Shown here in pieces: positions 59,385-64,000 of a stretch of 64,000 nucleotides of DNA. Both the position numbers and the translations under genes were made by a program. This DNA comes from Malacoraja senta. Its lineage: Eukaryota. Each line of letters starts with the position of its first letter. Positions within the stretch are counted from its first letter, which is position 1. The DNA is taken from positions 62,001 to 126,000 of the forward strand of contig JAXLNO010000305.1 in the NCBI GenBank assembly GCA_038087875.1. The letters are read 5' to 3'. The notes below the pieces were generated by a model. The model worked only from the letters and a program-made list of their open reading frames with translations. It was not told the DNA's origin and ran no database searches.

Positions 59385-62300
59385 GGACCCTCTCCCCCCC
59401 CCCCCCCCCCCGAACCCGAGGAGCGAAACCTAGCAGGGAGCCGGACAGAGCGACCCGAACGCGTGGTAACCGGGGCCGGTGCGGGCGTAACAACGGGGGC
59501 TGGCAAAACAGAGCTAGGAGACTGGAACGGGCCCGGAGCAACGGGGACAACTGGGTCGGTGAAACAAGCACCACTGGTACAGCGGGATCGGCCGGTGGAC
59601 GACCGCCAGACTGTCCACGTCCACATGGGCCGGCTTGAGCTGGGCGATAGAGACGATGTCCTCATGGCCCCCCACATCCAACGTAAACGTAGCAAGGCAA
59701 GCACGCAACACCCGGAACGGCCCCTCGTAAACTCGCTGGAGCGGATAACGGTGGGCATCCCTGCAAACAAAAACAAACAGACAATCTCACAGACCCGACG
59801 GCATGTGCCCCGCGGGCAGGCCGTGCCGCGAGGTGGGTACCGGAGCCAGTCAGCCGACTTGCTCACGAAGGGTCGCCAGAAAAACGCCGGGGCAGAGTTC
59901 ACCTGCCCCCGGACAGCCGGGGAGAAAATGCCCAGGCACGCGGAGGGCCAAGCCGTAAACAAGCTCAGCAGATGAAGCACCTAAGTTCTCCTTGGGGGCG
60001 GTTCGGATGCCGAGCAGCACCCACGGCAACTGGTCTACCCAGTCCGGGCCCGTGAGCCGAGCCTTCAACGGCGACTTGCGGTGGCGATGAAAGCGCTTGA
60101 CGAGCCCGTTGGCCTGTGGGTGGTAAGCGGTGGTGTGGTGCAACCGCGCCCCATACAACTGTGCAAGAGGATGTGTCTGACCCGTGATCCGCACGCCAGC
60201 AGCGGCACCTGGCCTTTATCTCGGAGTTCACCACGACACAAGAAATAATTTTCGAATTTAACATATTCCAAGCACAAGATTTCACAGTTTCTGGAAGTTC
60301 CCTATCTACAATCCCTTCTCCAGGTACCCACGGCGGAGGTGTCTGAAAGTGGAATAGCCTCCGGCCACCTGGTGAATAGATCCACGATTGTGAGCAAATG
60401 AGTGGCGCCGCGGGATGTCGGCAACGGGCCCACCAAGTCGACATGGATGTTTAGGAACCGGGCAGCCGGGATGGCGAAATCCTGCACCGGGACCCGCATG
60501 TGCCGCTGGACCTTGGAGGTCTGACATGGGAGGCAGGAGCGGGCCCAGGCCGCCACCTGCTTGCAGAGCCTGTGCCAGACAAATTTGGCAGCAATCAGTG
60601 CGGAGGTTGCCCGGATGGACGTGTGGGCCGAACTGTGGACGGTGTCGAAGATCCGGCGTTGCCATTGCGCAGGCACGACGGGGCGAGGTCGACCCGTGGA
60701 GACATCACAGAGGACCATCGTGCCCAAGGGCCCACACAGGACCTCGGCTAACCGTAGGCGAGAGACAGCAGTGCGGTAGGCCGCCATCCCAGCGTCCAGG
60801 CGTTGCGGTGCGGCCAGCTCCTCATAGTCCACGGCGTGGCCCACGGCCGAGACGATGGGAACCTCGGGACGGGACAAAGCGTCGGCGACAGTTGTTTTGC
60901 CCGCGATGTGCCTGCGACGTAGTGGTGAAACTCCGAGATAAAGGCCAGGTGCCGCTGCTGGCGTGCGGATCACGGGTCAGACACCTTGTCTAAGGCGAAC
61001 GTGAGCGGTTTGTGGTCGGTGTATGCGGTGAAAGGGCAGCCCTCCAAAAAGTAACGAAAGTGCCGAATGGCCAAGTATAATGCGAGGAGCTCCCTGTCGA
61101 AGGCGCTGAAATTGCGCTCGGGAGCCCACAGCTGACGGCTGAAGATAGCCAGCGGCCATCGATCTGCTGCTCGAGCACGCCGCCCACAGCCATGTCAGAG
61201 GCATCAACGGTGAGGGCCATCGGGGCGGAGGCTCGCGGGTGGACCAACATGGTGGCATTGGCCAGAGCTGCTTTGGCATCCTCGAACGCCGCGCCCGCTT
61301 CGGCGGACCAAACGAGCACCTTCTGCTTGCCCGCGAGGCACTGGAAAAGGGGCCGCATGACTCGAGCTGTTGCCGGCATGAAACGGTGGTAAAAGTTTAC
61401 CATGCGTATGAATTACTGCAACCCCTTCACCGTGCATGGCCTGGGGAACTGCCGAATGGCCTCCACTTTCGAGGGCAAAGGGGCAGCACCTTGAGGTGTC
61501 ACACTGTGCCCCAGAAAGGAGATGGAGCAAAGGCCGAATTGGCACTTCGCGGGGCTGATGATAAGGCCGTGGTCCAGAAGGCGCTGGAACAGGGTCCGCA
61601 GGATGCCTCCTGCTCGGTGCGGCTCGCGACCAGGATGTCGTCGAGATAGATGAAGATGAACAGCAGACCCCTGCCGACCCTGTCCATGAGCCTCTGGAAC
61701 GCCTGTGCGGCATTCTTCAACCCAAAGGGCATCCGCAGCCAATCGAATAAACCGAACGGGGTGATGGTCGCAGTCTTCGGGACATCGTCCGGGTGGACGG
61801 GGATCTGGTTATACCGCAGACCGGGTCTACCTTAGAAAAGAAAGTGCCACCCTCGAGGTGGGCGGAAAAGTCCTGAATATGGGGTACGGGGTAGCGGTCG
61901 TGGTGGTGATGGCGTTCAGACGCCGATAGTCCCCACTTGGCCTCCACCCCCCAGATGCTTTTGAGACCATGTGCAGCAGGGACGCCCACGGGCTGTCTGA
62001 GAGCCGGACAATCCCCAAATCCTCCATGAGTTGAAACTCCTCCCGGGTAATGAGCAGTTTATCCGGTGGGAGGCGTCGTACCCGGGCGTGTACCGGTGGG
62101 CCCAAGGTGGGAATGTGGTGACTGACCCTGTGCTTGGGGTCGTCGCGCTGAAACAGGGAGTGAGGAGCTCCGGGAACCCGGCGAGGAGAGAGGCATAGGG
62201 GCCGTCGACCTTATGGCGCTGAGCTGTGGGCTGGTGGAGACGGGGCAACGGGTCCGAGGTCCGACGCCGGAATCATGCGGACGCCCCGCACATCGACGAG

Positions 62301-63319
62301 AAGGGAGAAGGCCCGCAGGAAGTCGGCACCCAGGAGCGGCTGGGCGACGTCCGCAACGATGAACGACCGCTCGTACGGGCGGGAGTCAAAGGACAGCGAG
62401 AGGGGTCCGCGTGCCGTAAGTTCGAATAGTGCTACGGTTAACGTCCGTGAGCGCAGGACCTCGCTTACACGCACGAGTGTCTCTTCCAGTCGGTGATAGG
62501 ATGCTGACGATCGCCCCGGTATCAACGACCTGCCGGAGTGACGGTCGCGGACGTAGAGGCGGTTGTTAAGGCCGATCGCGATCGCCTCTATAGACGATCG
62601 GCCGAGGCATTTCCCTGAAACGAGCAGGGTTGGCGGCAGCGTCGGGCCTCAGCACCCCAGCGGAGGTGGTAGAAGCACCATCCGCGCTTGCCTTGGTCCC
62701 CCGTGCGTGGCTGCTGCTCTGCGGTGGAAGTAGTGGGCTGGGCTTTGCCGCGGCCTGCCGAGGCTGCTGGCGCGCGGGCGCGAAAACCTGGCTGATGGCG
62801 CCGCCATCTTGCTGCTTCGCCAACCAGAGTTCGTCGGCCCTCTCCGCGAGCCTCATGGGGTTGGTAAAGTCGGCGCCCAAGCATGAGGCGGATGTCGTCC
62901 GGCATCTGCTCTAAGAACGCCTGATCAAAGAGCAGATACGTGTGGTGGCCGTCCATCAATGCCAGCATTTCTGCCATCAGCGCGGTCGTTTTGCTGTCGC
63001 CCAAACTGTCCATGCGCAGAAATCGGGCGGCGCGATCCCGAGGCTGAGCCCGAACGTGTGGAGCAGAAGAGCTTTGAGGCCCTCGTATTTCGCGAGGGCT
63101 GGCGGATTCTGGAGGAACGGCAGCAACCGCAAGGCTGTCTCTTGCGGGACGGCGTGGCGGCATAAAATTATTTACAACGTAGGTGGAACTGCGCCTCGAC
63201 GTGCACGAACCAGACCTGCGGTTGTTCGGGCCAGAAGGCGGGCAGCTTGAGGCCGAAGGCATTTTGTTGGGCGTCAGGAACGGCAGCGGGCTTGCATGTT
63301 CGGCATCCAATGTTCGATT

Positions 63320-63337
63320 GACGCGTTGGGGTCACCA
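63320..63337 (-). promoter_or_regulatory. Primer binding site, tRNA-Trp-like (TGGTGACCCCaAC...)
   Basis: 1 nt from the LTR. Complementary, with mismatches, to the tRNA-Trp 3' end (...GTCGGGGTCACCA). Confidence 0.8.
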
Positions 63338-63338
63338 A

Positions 63339-63572
63339 TTTGGCGAGTCGGAGATGGTAAGTTAGTTTGAATTGCTTTCTTTTAATGAAACAACGAGCCA
63401 ACGATAAGACAACCAAATTTACAATGTGGCTTCCACAAGTGTGGGCGCTAGACTGACAGTTACTGAGAGTTACAGCAAAAAAAAACTGCCAATAGAACAC
63501 CCGCGCTCATGAGACTCCTCCAGCCAATCACGAGGGTTCGATTACCCAGAGCCACCACCGGGTGACGCTACA
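63339..63572 (-). repeat. 5' LTR of the Gypsy element
   Basis: Direct repeat of 59144-59384. Begins TGTAG on the minus strand and is followed by the PBS. Confidence 0.93.
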
Positions 63573-63770
63573 ATGTAGCCTATTAACCTATCAACCAACA
63601 CATATTGGAAGAAACTAGATTACCTGAGAGAAACACAAATGGAGAACAGACAAACATATACATATTTCTTGTTATCTACAAGAGATAAGGCATGTTGTGG
63701 ATTACAACAAGGCTTTCTCCCTTGTGTCCAATTTCTCACCGCGCCCCACCATCACCAAGAAAAACACAAA

Positions 63771-64000
63771 TCTATCTATCTATATACTATTAAAACTCTG
63801 TGGGTGTGTGTTTGTGGGTGTCAGATTGGCCTTTGATTCCTTGGTCCGCCAAATCCACACGCGAAAGCTCCGAGATTTTTTCCATATCGCTAGACATTAC
63901 ACTTTTGCATACCCTAACACACTCCTTATTAGATTTAGAGATTTTTATGTACGCATTTTAAAATAAAATCACCCCCCCCCCCCCCACTCAATCATTTTGT
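63771..64000 (+). mobile_element. Probable 5' end of another non-autonomous Helitron, running off the window
   Basis: a|TCTATCTATCTATATACTATTAAAAC resembles the 5' end of the 30574-32284 element. The 3' end is not visible. Confidence 0.55.

Larger units (their letters stand above)
59144..63572 (-). mobile_element. Ty3/Gypsy LTR retrotransposon, CsRn1-like, full-length but degenerate (gag-PR-RT-RH-IN with frameshifts)
   Basis: LTRs at 59144-59384 and 63339-63572; ATGT TSD; tRNA-Trp-like PBS; G-rich PPT. Gag CFYHLRWGAEARRCRQPC (CHCC). RT MPFGLKNA and YLDD. RH TVDASD. IN HHCC, HVDLVGP, YHPQANG. Confidence 0.95.

Noticed and set aside
59354..63365. Numerous overlapping plus-strand ORFs in the Gypsy interior
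   Set aside because: Expected from high GC content and antisense to gag-pol; no motifs.

Overview
Vertebrate nuclear genomic DNA. The repeat landscape (CR1 with (CTATGTTT)n tails, V-SINE/HE1-like SINEs, Penelope fragments) suggests a cartilaginous fish, probably a skate or ray; this is inference. Three host genes are present. (1) The last five coding exons of a SEPT2-family septin on + (9409-21562). (2) A complete two-coding-exon CEP19 on - (27861-29675), tail-to-tail with the septin. (3) Coding exons 1-2 of PIGX on + (52944-58811), head-to-head with CEP19, with an RFX X-box between them. The rest is nested transposable elements: two young TSD-flanked L1s, a CsRn1-type Gypsy element with both LTRs, a solo LTR, non-autonomous Helitrons, CR1/L2/Rex1 fragments, SINEs and Penelope-derived pieces. 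The most interesting observations are: a covarying two-hairpin RNA structure at the same distance upstream of ORF2 in two divergent L1s; short TSD-flanked insertions that begin at a hammerhead-ribozyme core; a TIR element with GC-rich spliceable cargo in PIGX intron 1; and a two-template inverted insertion replacing the Gypsy integrase core. All gene and family calls come from manual recognition and no database searches were run. Boundaries of degenerate repeats are approximate.
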